Virus record (IMG/VR): IMGVR_UViG_3300038463_000730
Coordinates: 186,001-250,000 of that record
Reading direction: 5' to 3' (one strand)
Length of the DNA stretch: 64,000 nt
Below the pieces are notes generated by a model. That model did not search any database. It saw only the letters and a list, made by a program, of their open reading frames with translations, and had not been told where the DNA came from. A program made the position numbers and the translations under genes. Of this stretch, positions 48,442 through 57,020 are shown in pieces. The stretch's first letter is position 1; each line of letters starts with the position of its first letter.

Positions 48442-48996
48442 CTATTTCTTGTGCTGCTTAATTACGTGTCGATAATAGCTTTCCTTAGTTGGGCCAAGGA
48501 TGAAAGGAAAAGTTGCGGAAAGTCGATCGTCGCCCCAGTCTCCAGCCCAAAGTGTCGCCTCATGCGCCGCCCATTCGATCGGATGCTCGAACGTAATACA
48601 GTCGATCTGATCTTCTGCATAAGACAGCGTAATATGCGGTTTGAAATCTGGATAACGCTTATCATAGTGAATGCCGCACTTATCGAACCCGGCCGTAATA
48701 CACTGTTGAAACTCTAGCAACTCGGGCGAATTGACCCGAGCGATCACCGGCACGCCGATATCCGTGGCGGTCGGAAAACACTTCACCTTGCTTGTCTTTA
48801 GGGTAAACGGTGTTCTCTTGGAGGTTACCTTGTAGATAGCGGCTACAGCCTTCGCAATCTGCGTAATCGAGATGTTTTCACCAAGATAACACACAGTGAT
48901 ATGCATCTGATCAAGTGGAACAGGTGACCCTGGAACCGCGATCTGAGAAAGCAATCGAGCTGTTTCATGTGGGATTTTGATGCCTACAAAACTCAT
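48442..48996 (-). CDS. 2H phosphoesterase (LigT/ThpR; Acb1/T4 57B-like)
   Basis: Two HxT motifs: MHITVCYLG and YPDFKPHITLSY. Confidence 0.85.
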   Translation of the reverse strand: MSFVGIKIPHETARLLSQIAVPGSPVPLDQMHITVCYLGENISITQIAKAVAAIYKVTSKRTPFTLKTSKVKCFPTATDIGVPVIARVNSPELLEFQQCITAGFDKCGIHYDKRYPDFKPHITLSYAEDQIDCITFEHPIEWAAHEATLWAGDWGDDRLSATFPFILGPTKESYYRHVIKQHKK

Positions 48997-48999
48997 AAA

Positions 49000-49557
49000 C
49001 TATCCTCTGAGGACCAAACATGTCCTCAAACATTGAGCTTTCAAATCATCTAGCGTACCGTTGTTGTCAATAACGAAGTCAAAAGCCGAATCTGTTATCG
49101 AGTCCTGGCTTGTTTCGCTGACATCCTTGATTACCAAATGATCGTCTCGTTTAATTCGGACTTTGACAAAGCCCATTTCCGAGACCCTCTTAAACTCTTC
49201 AGGAAACCTTAGGTCTGTGACCATATAAAGATCGAACTGTGTATTCTTGTAGAAATCCTGCTCAAACTTCTTCACCCATATCTCCGGGTCATAACTTCGG
49301 CCTAGCTTTCCGATATCAAGCAAAGATTGCCGATACGTAATGGTCGTGCCTGGAATGATATTAGACCGAAGCTTCGATGCACCGAAGAGCGAGTTCCTCT
49401 CCGCCCCAGGGAACATCGTCATAACGATTTCTTTTATCGGATCCGCAAACGCATACACACGCGCGGCTGTTTCACGTACCAACAGATGGTACTTGAATAG
49501 ATCACCTACCGTATTCTTGCCCGAATTAGCTTTTCCGCTGATTGCGATTTTGTACAT
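49000..49557 (-). CDS. Deoxynucleoside monophosphate kinase
   Basis: IAISGKANSGKNT, AFADPIK, TDLRFPEE, SET, IDNNGT; start ATG 49557. Confidence 0.85.
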   Translation of the reverse strand: MYKIAISGKANSGKNTVGDLFKYHLLVRETAARVYAFADPIKEIVMTMFPGAERNSLFGASKLRSNIIPGTTITYRQSLLDIGKLGRSYDPEIWVKKFEQDFYKNTQFDLYMVTDLRFPEEFKRVSEMGFVKVRIKRDDHLVIKDVSETSQDSITDSAFDFVIDNNGTLDDLKAQCLRTCLVLRG

Positions 49558-49564
49558 GCTTTCC

Positions 49565-51718
49565 TTACCAACTAGATACGATTTTAGCGTACGAATTTCC
49601 GTTCGTGTCCTGCTCAACCAAAATAGCGTGTGAAAACCTATCTTTCACCGTTTTGTTATGCGTAATTAGTACAACCTTGTACTCCTTCTGCAAGATCTTG
49701 ATAAGATCCAAGAATGCGTCCAGCGACTCATCGTCAAGACTCGAATCTACTTCATCGAGCATGAGAAACTTGATATCCACACCAAATATCTTCTGAATGA
49801 CCGTAGACAATCCGATTCGGAGAGCCAGCGAGATAATGAACATCTGTGACCCCGAAAGTAATCCGTACTCTCGTTGGCGCCCGTTGATAATGTAATTGAT
49901 GTCCAGTGTATCTGTCTGCTCGCCTTTTTTGTTCTCCCGGTCAATCTCAAACTGAAGTTGTAACCCGGGCTTCACCTGTCCCACGATGTTATTAGCGTAT
50001 AGTTGGAGATCATCGAGTATGTTATGGATGATAAGCGACGGTATCCCCTTAGAGCCAAAAGCTTGTGCAACCTTAGCATGGAGTAGAAGCTCTTTTTCAA
50101 TTTTCTTGATTTCATTTACAAGAGTATCTCTAACCGTCTTTGCTTCATCAAGCTCTAGCAACTGCTTCTTGTAAGACCGCTCCTCAGCAACCAAATTGGC
50201 CTGTTCGGTATTTAGCAATTGCAACTCTTTGTCCGCCAAAGCCCATGCAGTTTCTTTACTAAAGATGATCGAATTTAGCTCACTGTACCGACTCGTATCG
50301 TAGTTTGATCGCTGTGCTTCGAGTAACGCAATCTCAGTCTCGATCTGCTCAAGTTCGCCCTTCAGCGTCGAGTACTGGTCTTTGTATTCCAGATACGATT
50401 CCTTCTGAATATCAACTTCTTTGATACTAAACTGGATGTCTTTCTTCAGTGTATCAATATTGTGCTGCAACGACACAACCTTGCCGTGCTGTTGACTAAG
50501 ATCCAGGCCTCTCTTTTTCAGCTCGACAATCGTCTCCAGAATCTTGTTGTACTGATCCTGAGCGTCCTGGGTTTTCTTCTGCAAATCCTTTTGACAAGAC
50601 TCCCGGTGTTCTGCTGTCAATGCCTGTCTACAGTGTTTACACTCCGGGCCATTTGGAAGCGGTACAGACCACTCCGCCATCTTTTCTTCAATAGACTTGA
50701 GAGAGGCTCGATGCTCTAGTATCTGTCGAGTTGTTTCCTCTAACTGCGTAGACAGTGCGAACACATCGACCGTGTTTTTACTTTCCAAGTCAGCAAGAGT
50801 TGCCTTCATCGAAATGATCGAATCGAGCTTTGCTTGCGTTGTTTGACGGATTGAATCGAGCTTCTTATAGGCGTTGTCTTTCTTAGACTTGATAAGTATC
50901 AAGCTAGCGTTTGTATTCTTGACTTTATCCAAGAACATCTCGACCGACGACTTGAACTTCAGCATCTCTTCGCGAGATGCTTTCCAATCTTCCTGGATCA
51001 GTTCGACTTTCTTTTTCTGTACTTCGATTTTTGCCAGCGAGGATACGATGTCACCCGCCACGACATTAATATCTGACATTCTCGTAGAGAATCTAGCATC
51101 CACCTCAGAGTAGGTTCCCAGCTTGGCTTTCGTATATATTTCCGTCTCAGCAATCTTTCCTGCTCTTTTCTTGGTCAACTTTTCAAGTTGGCCGTAAACG
51201 GTTAATTGAAGTGCTTCACGAAGTAGATTTTTGCGCTCGGACGGAGTTAACGTGGCCAAGCCAGAAAGATCAGCTTGCCTAAAGTGTATTGAATTGGAGA
51301 ACGCGCGATAATTGATCTTTAGAATCTTCGCCAGAGTCTTCTCCGTGCCGGAGGTGGTCCGCTCTGTAAGGTCTTCCCAATCCACATCATTCTTACGAAA
51401 CAGTCTAAGATCAGCGGAACCCGCTTTGCGGCCACGGGACCGGTCCACTTTGTATGTGTCGCCTCCAACCATAAACACAAACGACACCCTTGTCTTATCA
51501 GAGTCGTCGCGAATGATCGAGTCGATCTTGTCAACACCCACCTCGTTGAAAAGTGCATACGTAATCCCGGAGAAGATCTTACTCTTTCCGACTTGATTGG
51601 CTTTGCGTGTATTGTTCGTAGCTTTCCCAACAACCACGGCAGCATCGAATTGTGTAAAGTCGATCACGGACTTTACGTGACAAGTAAAATTCTCTAACGT
51701 AAGTTCGATCGGGATCAT
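49565..51718 (-). CDS. sbcC: SbcC/Rad50 ATPase
   Basis: NQVGKS, CKHC zinc hook, LSGSQ signature, LMLDE, ITH. Confidence 0.92.
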   Translation of the reverse strand: MIPIELTLENFTCHVKSVIDFTQFDAAVVVGKATNNTRKANQVGKSKIFSGITYALFNEVGVDKIDSIIRDDSDKTRVSFVFMVGGDTYKVDRSRGRKAGSADLRLFRKNDVDWEDLTERTTSGTEKTLAKILKINYRAFSNSIHFRQADLSGLATLTPSERKNLLREALQLTVYGQLEKLTKKRAGKIAETEIYTKAKLGTYSEVDARFSTRMSDINVVAGDIVSSLAKIEVQKKKVELIQEDWKASREEMLKFKSSVEMFLDKVKNTNASLILIKSKKDNAYKKLDSIRQTTQAKLDSIISMKATLADLESKNTVDVFALSTQLEETTRQILEHRASLKSIEEKMAEWSVPLPNGPECKHCRQALTAEHRESCQKDLQKKTQDAQDQYNKILETIVELKKRGLDLSQQHGKVVSLQHNIDTLKKDIQFSIKEVDIQKESYLEYKDQYSTLKGELEQIETEIALLEAQRSNYDTSRYSELNSIIFSKETAWALADKELQLLNTEQANLVAEERSYKKQLLELDEAKTVRDTLVNEIKKIEKELLLHAKVAQAFGSKGIPSLIIHNILDDLQLYANNIVGQVKPGLQLQFEIDRENKKGEQTDTLDINYIINGRQREYGLLSGSQMFIISLALRIGLSTVIQKIFGVDIKFLMLDEVDSSLDDESLDAFLDLIKILQKEYKVVLITHNKTVKDRFSHAILVEQDTNGNSYAKIVSSW

Positions 51719-52908
51719 TTTTCTTCACTCTGCAATTCTTTACGAATGTCCTCTGCTAATGCACAGAAGTCATTGCGTAATGAGTCATCGACGAACTTCT
51801 CGCTCCAACCTTTGATCGCGGCAGACTCGGTCATCGACTGACTGATATTGTCAGCCTTCTTACGAATCAGTTCGAGCTTGCGCGTTTCACTGAACGAACA
51901 AATATGAAAAACACCACGGTCATGCAGATCTGCGTCTATAACTTTCCTATCCACCGAACGCAGATCTGGGCCAGCCAACTGAATTGATACACGAACGATT
52001 GCATTACGCAGATTAGCCTGGAGCGTGTTGAGAAAGTCAAGAACGTATTCCGTTGTATCCCGTGTGCCCATCGGGACGCTAATCGAAATGTCAGAGAGGG
52101 GACGGGTCGGGATCGGTATCGTGTAGAAAGTATCCAGAGCATCTGAGTCTACTGCGATGAGATTTTTAATATGGTCTGTTTCCCCAAAATCAGAAATATC
52201 CATACTTCCGACGTGCGAAAGAAATGGAGTTCCTTCGGATAGTACCTGAGGTCGATGAATATGACCCATCCAAACAAAGTCATAGTCCGAAAATACCGTC
52301 TTCGGACAAAATAGCTCATTAGATGCATCATCGATTTCATCACCGACATAGATTGCACCAGCTATCGTAAGGTGTCCGACAAGTATTTTCTTCGATTCGG
52401 CAGGTATCGAAGCTGCTTCAAATACCAAGCTCTGACGAATAGCCTGAATTGCCTCGTCGTGGGTATCAAGATTAAAAGACCTTCTGTCCCGAAAAGGAAG
52501 AAAGGTAAAAGAAACACCATCAAGATGCACTGTGTCAATAGTATTGTAAATAAAGACATTGTTCAACTCAGCTTCAGCGAAGATATCAAGAGCCGAACTT
52601 GTAAACTGTCCAGTCCGTAGGATGTCATGATTGCCACGAATAATATGGACCGTGATATCACTGGCTTCACACTTTTTCAGCCATGCTAGGAAGATCTTGA
52701 TCAATGTGGGGTGCGGCTTCGGTTCCTCGAACACGTCACCTGTCACGATAATCGTGTCGATCATCAACTCAATACATTGGTCATGTACCCAATTGAGTAA
52801 TGTGATCTGGTCAATTACTCTACTGTTCAGTGCCGAACCAAGACCGGCACGTCCTATTGCCAGACCTTTTCCAAGATGTGGATCACCAAGTATGAGCGCT
52901 TTCGCCAT
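51715..52908 (-). CDS. sbcD: SbcD/Mre11 nuclease
   Basis: GDPHLG, TGDVFE, GNHD, GHIHRPQ. Confidence 0.92.
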   Translation of the reverse strand: MAKALILGDPHLGKGLAIGRAGLGSALNSRVIDQITLLNWVHDQCIELMIDTIIVTGDVFEEPKPHPTLIKIFLAWLKKCEASDITVHIIRGNHDILRTGQFTSSALDIFAEAELNNVFIYNTIDTVHLDGVSFTFLPFRDRRSFNLDTHDEAIQAIRQSLVFEAASIPAESKKILVGHLTIAGAIYVGDEIDDASNELFCPKTVFSDYDFVWMGHIHRPQVLSEGTPFLSHVGSMDISDFGETDHIKNLIAVDSDALDTFYTIPIPTRPLSDISISVPMGTRDTTEYVLDFLNTLQANLRNAIVRVSIQLAGPDLRSVDRKVIDADLHDRGVFHICSFSETRKLELIRKKADNISQSMTESAAIKGWSEKFVDDSLRNDFCALAEDIRKELQSEEK

Positions 52909-52912
52909 TCAG

Positions 52913-53548
52913 TTATTTCTCTAGCTTTGAAAGAATATTCTCGATGACTTCTTTCAGTTTGATCACTTTGCACTTGGCACGTACTTTATCGAGCGTGAAA
53001 CACAGTTTTTCAGCCCATGCGAGAGCTTCCGGGTCATCCATGTGCGATTGGTTGAATAGGCGAATCGCATCGGAAAAGTTCATGATCGGCCGAATGTCTT
53101 CATAGACATACTTCTCTGCTTCCCGAGACAAATCAATATTGTCACCGTGGGAACCGATAATCGAAAATGCTGCCTCACCACGCTTAATGTTGTCATGCAA
53201 CGCGACGAAGCCAACAACATCTCCCGATTCTCCACAGCCATAACATTTGAACCGATTCGTGTCGGGATACCACCAGAACGATGGTGATCGTTCCCGCCCT
53301 TTCGCATGGAAAGGGCACGTGGTCTTTTTCACCTGTTCATCAATGTGATAGCCGTAACGAGCCATCACAATTTTCAGCGGGATTGAATTGGCCTGTTGCG
53401 CTGCCTGATAGGTGACGACGTCTTTTAGTCGTTTGGCATCAAGGCCAGGATCTTGTCCAACATTTCCATTCGGCCCTGGTGTAGGGCCTGCGCTTTCGGA
53501 TCCGGTAGAATCATGTAGCGACTGCATTGGCTTTTGTACTCGTTCCAT
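52913..53548 (-). CDS. Stand-alone primase CHC2 zinc-binding domain protein
   Basis: CPFH....E.SPSF....F.CYGCG..GDVV.FV. Confidence 0.85.
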   Translation of the reverse strand: MERVQKPMQSLHDSTGSESAGPTPGPNGNVGQDPGLDAKRLKDVVTYQAAQQANSIPLKIVMARYGYHIDEQVKKTTCPFHAKGRERSPSFWWYPDTNRFKCYGCGESGDVVGFVALHDNIKRGEAAFSIIGSHGDNIDLSREAEKYVYEDIRPIMNFSDAIRLFNQSHMDDPEALAWAEKLCFTLDKVRAKCKVIKLKEVIENILSKLEK

Positions 53549-53613
53549 TCGTTTGTCACGTCTGTGATCAAAAGCAATATCGTATCTCTGGAGAAGGCTT
53601 TCTTCACAGTGAC

Positions 53614-54288
53614 TTACCCCTCAAATGGGTTCTTCCCAGGATCTCGACTTGCACGGATCGGATCATTTTCCTGGGGAGCGAACGGATTTGGCTCGTATTC
53701 AATCACGGCCGGTTGAGGAGGTACCGAGCCAAAAGGCTGAGTAGCCTGTTTGGCTGCTTCTAATGACCGTATGTTTTTCTCCATCTGATCGAGCCGGTAC
53801 GACATCTCGTTGTTTCGATCACGCTGCAAAATCAATCCTTTAATAAGCAACGTGATAACACCGATCGAACCCATGCCTTCTTCTTGTGTCTCGTCCATAT
53901 TCATCTCGGCACCAAGCATCAACAATTCGTTGAGTGCCTGAGCTTCTACGCTTTTGGCTGTCGGTCCCTTTTGTGAAACCAATTTTCGGTCCTCAATAAT
54001 ACGCACGAAGCTTTTCCCAAGCTCGTACGCCCGTCGCTTGTACTCTTCCGAACGTTCGTGAGAAGCAGTCGCGACCTTATCAAAGACCTGCTTGCGCGTC
54101 GGTCCAGGTGTGGCTACGGCCGAAGACTCATTCGTAATTTTCAAGTTACTAGGCTTCGGCATCTCCCGATCCGGTCGAGCCTCTTGGAACGGCATACGAC
54201 GCTCAGGATCGCGCGCTGACGGTCCCGGAGCTTGTGGCGCGGAGATCGGAGTATGCAATCCTGGCGTACGACCTTGGCGTCGAGACAT
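53614..54288 (-). CDS. Hypothetical coiled-coil protein
   Basis: Minus-strand ORF. Confidence 0.6.
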   Translation of the reverse strand: MSRRQGRTPGLHTPISAPQAPGPSARDPERRMPFQEARPDREMPKPSNLKITNESSAVATPGPTRKQVFDKVATASHERSEEYKRRAYELGKSFVRIIEDRKLVSQKGPTAKSVEAQALNELLMLGAEMNMDETQEEGMGSIGVITLLIKGLILQRDRNNEMSYRLDQMEKNIRSLEAAKQATQPFGSVPPQPAVIEYEPNPFAPQENDPIRASRDPGKNPFEG

Positions 54289-54290
54289 GA

Positions 54291-54770
54291 TTAGTACTTG
54301 ATCCGTGTTGGGTACGGAGCAGTCGTAGAAACCTTAACTTGAGGTTTTAGCGAAACCTCGATGTATCGTGTTCCACGCTGAACATCATACTTGCTCGAAA
54401 CAAGTGTTTCGAGCGCCGGTAAAAACGCCGGAACGGATGAATCAAGATACAACGTATCTCCACCCGCATCATATGCCTTACAATAAGTATGAACAGGCTT
54501 CGGTGTCAAAGCGAACAAGCTGAGTTGCAAGTCCTTAATCTCATTCCAGATCTGGGTTGAGAGAGGCTTCTCGGGAGCCTGTGGCATTGGTAGCGGCGCC
54601 TGAGCTGTCGCAACTGCGTGCGTGTGCGCGTGCGCTGACCCGGACATCTGCGACTCGATGAAATGCTTGTACTCTTTCTCATTCATCTTAAGTGGCGGAG
54701 CATTGCCCTCTAGAGTTGCCGGTGGTGTGATTTCTGATTCTTTACGTTTCGTCATTGTGGTTCCTTCCAT
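54291..54770 (-). CDS. Hypothetical protein
   Basis: Promoter-like motif upstream. Confidence 0.6.
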   Translation of the reverse strand: MEGTTMTKRKESEITPPATLEGNAPPLKMNEKEYKHFIESQMSGSAHAHTHAVATAQAPLPMPQAPEKPLSTQIWNEIKDLQLSLFALTPKPVHTYCKAYDAGGDTLYLDSSVPAFLPALETLVSSKYDVQRGTRYIEVSLKPQVKVSTTAPYPTRIKY

Positions 54771-55092
54771 TTTTCAATATATCATCGCCGTAGACTTCGC
54801 GCATGGCTGCTCGAAACGCCGATGTCAACATATGGCCTTCTAACTTCTTTACCATGTCTTTCCCTCGGAAAAGTAGGATTGTGGGGACTCTCGTAATATC
54901 GTTGACTTTACAAATACCCCTAAACGATTCGACATCGATAGCCAGCGCGGTGATTCCGTTTTCGGTAGAAACCTGCTCCACCATATTGCGGCTGTTAACA
55001 ACAATCCCCTTAGGGAGCCACGTGGCATAAAAATACAAAACATGGTCAGATGGCAACGATTTCAATTCAGTTTCGTTCAATATCGAATACAT
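54742..55092 (-). CDS. Thioredoxin-fold protein lacking CxxC
   Basis: VLYFYATW, IDVE, ITRVPTILLFRG; WLPKG in place of WCxxC. Confidence 0.7.
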   Translation of the reverse strand: MYSILNETELKSLPSDHVLYFYATWLPKGIVVNSRNMVEQVSTENGITALAIDVESFRGICKVNDITRVPTILLFRGKDMVKKLEGHMLTSAFRAAMREVYGDDILKNGRNHNDET

Positions 55093-55093
55093 G

Positions 55094-55429
55094 TTAGTTT
55101 GAGCTAGGGTCGTACTTTCGCTTCGGTGAAACAACGGTCGCGATCTCAGCGTCCTTGTTCTTCTCCGGGATCAAGTTCTCGGCGGCAACTTCCACCATGC
55201 CTTCGGCAATAGCCTTGATTGCAGCGAAAGCCGGATCATTCTTGAACATATCCATCACTGTGACCGTCACGTCTTCCATTTCCTTCTCAATCTCTTCGTC
55301 GGTCACGAGCCCCTTCTTCACAAGAAGAGCCTTAACTGCTCCGAGTCGAACGGAAAGTTCGATGATGAGAAGCTGCTGTTGAATCGTTGGATCGAGTTTC
55401 AATAGTTCCATGAGGCTAAGCTGTTTCAT
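55094..55429 (-). CDS. Hypothetical protein
   Basis: GGAG RBS; LLVKKGLVTDEEI helix motif. Confidence 0.55.
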   Translation of the reverse strand: MKQLSLMELLKLDPTIQQQLLIIELSVRLGAVKALLVKKGLVTDEEIEKEMEDVTVTVMDMFKNDPAFAAIKAIAEGMVEVAAENLIPEKNKDAEIATVVSPKRKYDPSSN

Positions 55430-55437
55430 ACGTTCTC

Positions 55438-55950
55438 CTATTTTCCACAACACTTCTTGAATTTCTTATCAGAACCGCAAACACATTTCTCGTTTGGCCC
55501 AACCTTCAACTTCTTCGGTATCGCTTTATCGAAGAAGAGCGTTTGAGTCACATGATCTAGTTCATGTTGGCAAACCACTGCCAACATTCCGGTTGCAACA
55601 AACCTTTTTGGATGAAGTAGATTACCAGCCACGACAATCTCTTGAAACCGCGTTGTCGTTTCAATGCGTCCAGGAAAAGAAAGACATCCCTCATTATGAA
55701 AGGGTCTGGGATCATAGCCATGCTCTAATCGCGCGTTCACCAAATCGAATTTAAACTCGTGGTCCAACCGAACTATCGCCATCTTTTTAGCGATGCCAAT
55801 TTGTGGCGCAGCCAAACCGACTCCAGAGCGACCAAGCCTTTCGCAGCGAGCCAACTCCAACTCCAGTGCTTCTCGGAGCGGAGCAATTTCGTCACTCGTG
55901 ACGTCTTCACATTTTACCCGCAACGCTGCTTCGTCGTTCGTAATAAGCAT
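55438..55950 (-). CDS. def: Peptide deformylase fused to a C-terminal SEC-C motif
   Basis: GVGLAAPQIG, EGCLS, QHELDH; GPNEKCVCGSDKKFKKCCG; start ATG 55950. Confidence 0.93.
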   Translation of the reverse strand: MLITNDEAALRVKCEDVTSDEIAPLREALELELARCERLGRSGVGLAAPQIGIAKKMAIVRLDHEFKFDLVNARLEHGYDPRPFHNEGCLSFPGRIETTTRFQEIVVAGNLLHPKRFVATGMLAVVCQHELDHVTQTLFFDKAIPKKLKVGPNEKCVCGSDKKFKKCCGK

Positions 55951-55956
55951 GACCAG

Positions 55957-55965
55957 TATATATCG
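55957..55965 (-). promoter_or_regulatory. Class A promoter-like motif (Y)GnTATA(T/G)N, an extended -10-like box; representative copy
   Basis: Copies at 2498, 19646, 25905, 30578, 34482, 36099, 38736, 45164, 54776, 55957, 58212 and 60523, each just upstream of a gene start. Confidence 0.7.
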
Positions 55966-56000
55966 AAAGCTCGACGTTCCTGCGCTATCGTCACCCGACA

Positions 56001-56013
56001 TAATCCGGCATAT
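56001..56013 (+). promoter_or_regulatory. Class B promoter-like motif TAAT-N(2-4)-GYAT(A/T)T; representative copy
   Basis: Related minus-strand copies at 29543, 24444, 47053, 30086 and 3224; looser copies at 8355 and 21397. Confidence 0.5.
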
Positions 56014-56026
56014 AGGTGGAGGCCTG

Positions 56027-56197
56027 ATGCGACTGTTGCCATTACCTTTTCTGATTGAAGAAAAACCGCAAGCCGAACCCGAGCCACTGTTTCAATACAT
56101 TGACATACCCAATCATCCAATATACGTACCAAACGTAACGGATGAAAACGATGAAGCGCCTCATATCATTATCATTGACTTGATGAAAGACTCTTAA
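56027..56197 (+). CDS. 56-aa acidic Pro-rich microprotein, the only credible plus-strand gene
   Basis: GGAGG RBS, upstream TAATCCGGCATAT motif, downstream hairpin; sits in an otherwise empty intergenic gap. Confidence 0.65.
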   Translation: MRLLPLPFLIEEKPQAEPEPLFQYIDIPNHPIYVPNVTDENDEAPHIIIIDLMKDS

Positions 56198-56202
56198 ATG
56201 AA

Positions 56203-56229
56203 AATGGCGCGGTGTTTAGTCGCGCCATT
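56203..56229. terminator. Hairpin between convergent genes
   Basis: AATGGCGCG (56203-56211) pairs with CGCGCCATT (56221-56229). Confidence 0.65.
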
Positions 56230-56266
56230 CTCTGACTGGATTTTTCACCAGATCGTTATCTAACCA

Positions 56267-56437
56267 TCACTTGGCAGGAGCCTTCTTAGCTGGCTTCTTC
56301 GCCACAGGTGCCTTGCCTGGCAACACTGCTGGCTTGGGAACCCTACGAGGAATGGTTTTTGCTGGCACCTTTTTTGAAGGTGTCTTTTTCGCTGCGACTG
56401 TCCGCTTTGTTGACGGACTTGACTTTGTAGTACTCAT
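56267..56437 (-). CDS. Small Lys/Ala/Pro-rich histone-H1-like basic protein
   Basis: AAGGAG RBS; KKTPSKKVPAK...AKKPAKKAPAK. Confidence 0.65.
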   Translation of the reverse strand: MSTTKSSPSTKRTVAAKKTPSKKVPAKTIPRRVPKPAVLPGKAPVAKKPAKKAPAK

Positions 56438-56516
56438 TTTCTTTTTCTCCTTGGACGATAACCGATAAAGATTATCGTGTATTATATAGCATGACATTTA
56501 GTAACGTGAACAAGAA

Positions 56517-57020
56517 TCAACCGAGATAGAAACGCCAATCATTGTGCCAGATTTTATTATCGATTCTCTGCATCGTACCGAGACTTGGAATGAACGGTTG
56601 ACTTCTTAAAATCATCCCGGTTTGTTCTAGTGTACGTGAACCCTTACGACGATTGCACTTCGAACATGAAGCAACACAATTCATGAAACTGCTTGGACCA
56701 CCGAGCGAACGCGGGATGATATGATCGATAGTCATGTTCTCTCCGTACAACTCACACCCACAGTATTGACACAGGTACTCATCCCGCTTCAACACCGCTC
56801 TACGACTGAAACCCAAAGGCTTATGGGGTGGTTTCCTAACCAGATAACGAAGGCGCAGCACAGAAGGATAGTTAATCTTCTTCTTGAGATAAACGAAGTA
56901 ATCATCCCATACATGCAGAGGATCCGCTTTGTCCTTCAATAGGAGGCGGATTGCTTTACGTTCGGTGACGAAACAAAGCACTTCATAGTTATGGTTTAGG
57001 AGGAGGGCTTGGTGATGCAT
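56517..57020 (-). CDS. HNH endonuclease (McrA-like)
   Basis: LLLN.NYE, R.AVLKRD..CQYCG, TIDHIIPRSLGG, N.VASC.KCN.RKG. Confidence 0.9.
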   Translation of the reverse strand: MHHQALLLNHNYEVLCFVTERKAIRLLLKDKADPLHVWDDYFVYLKKKINYPSVLRLRYLVRKPPHKPLGFSRRAVLKRDEYLCQYCGCELYGENMTIDHIIPRSLGGPSSFMNCVASCSKCNRRKGSRTLEQTGMILRSQPFIPSLGTMQRIDNKIWHNDWRFYLG

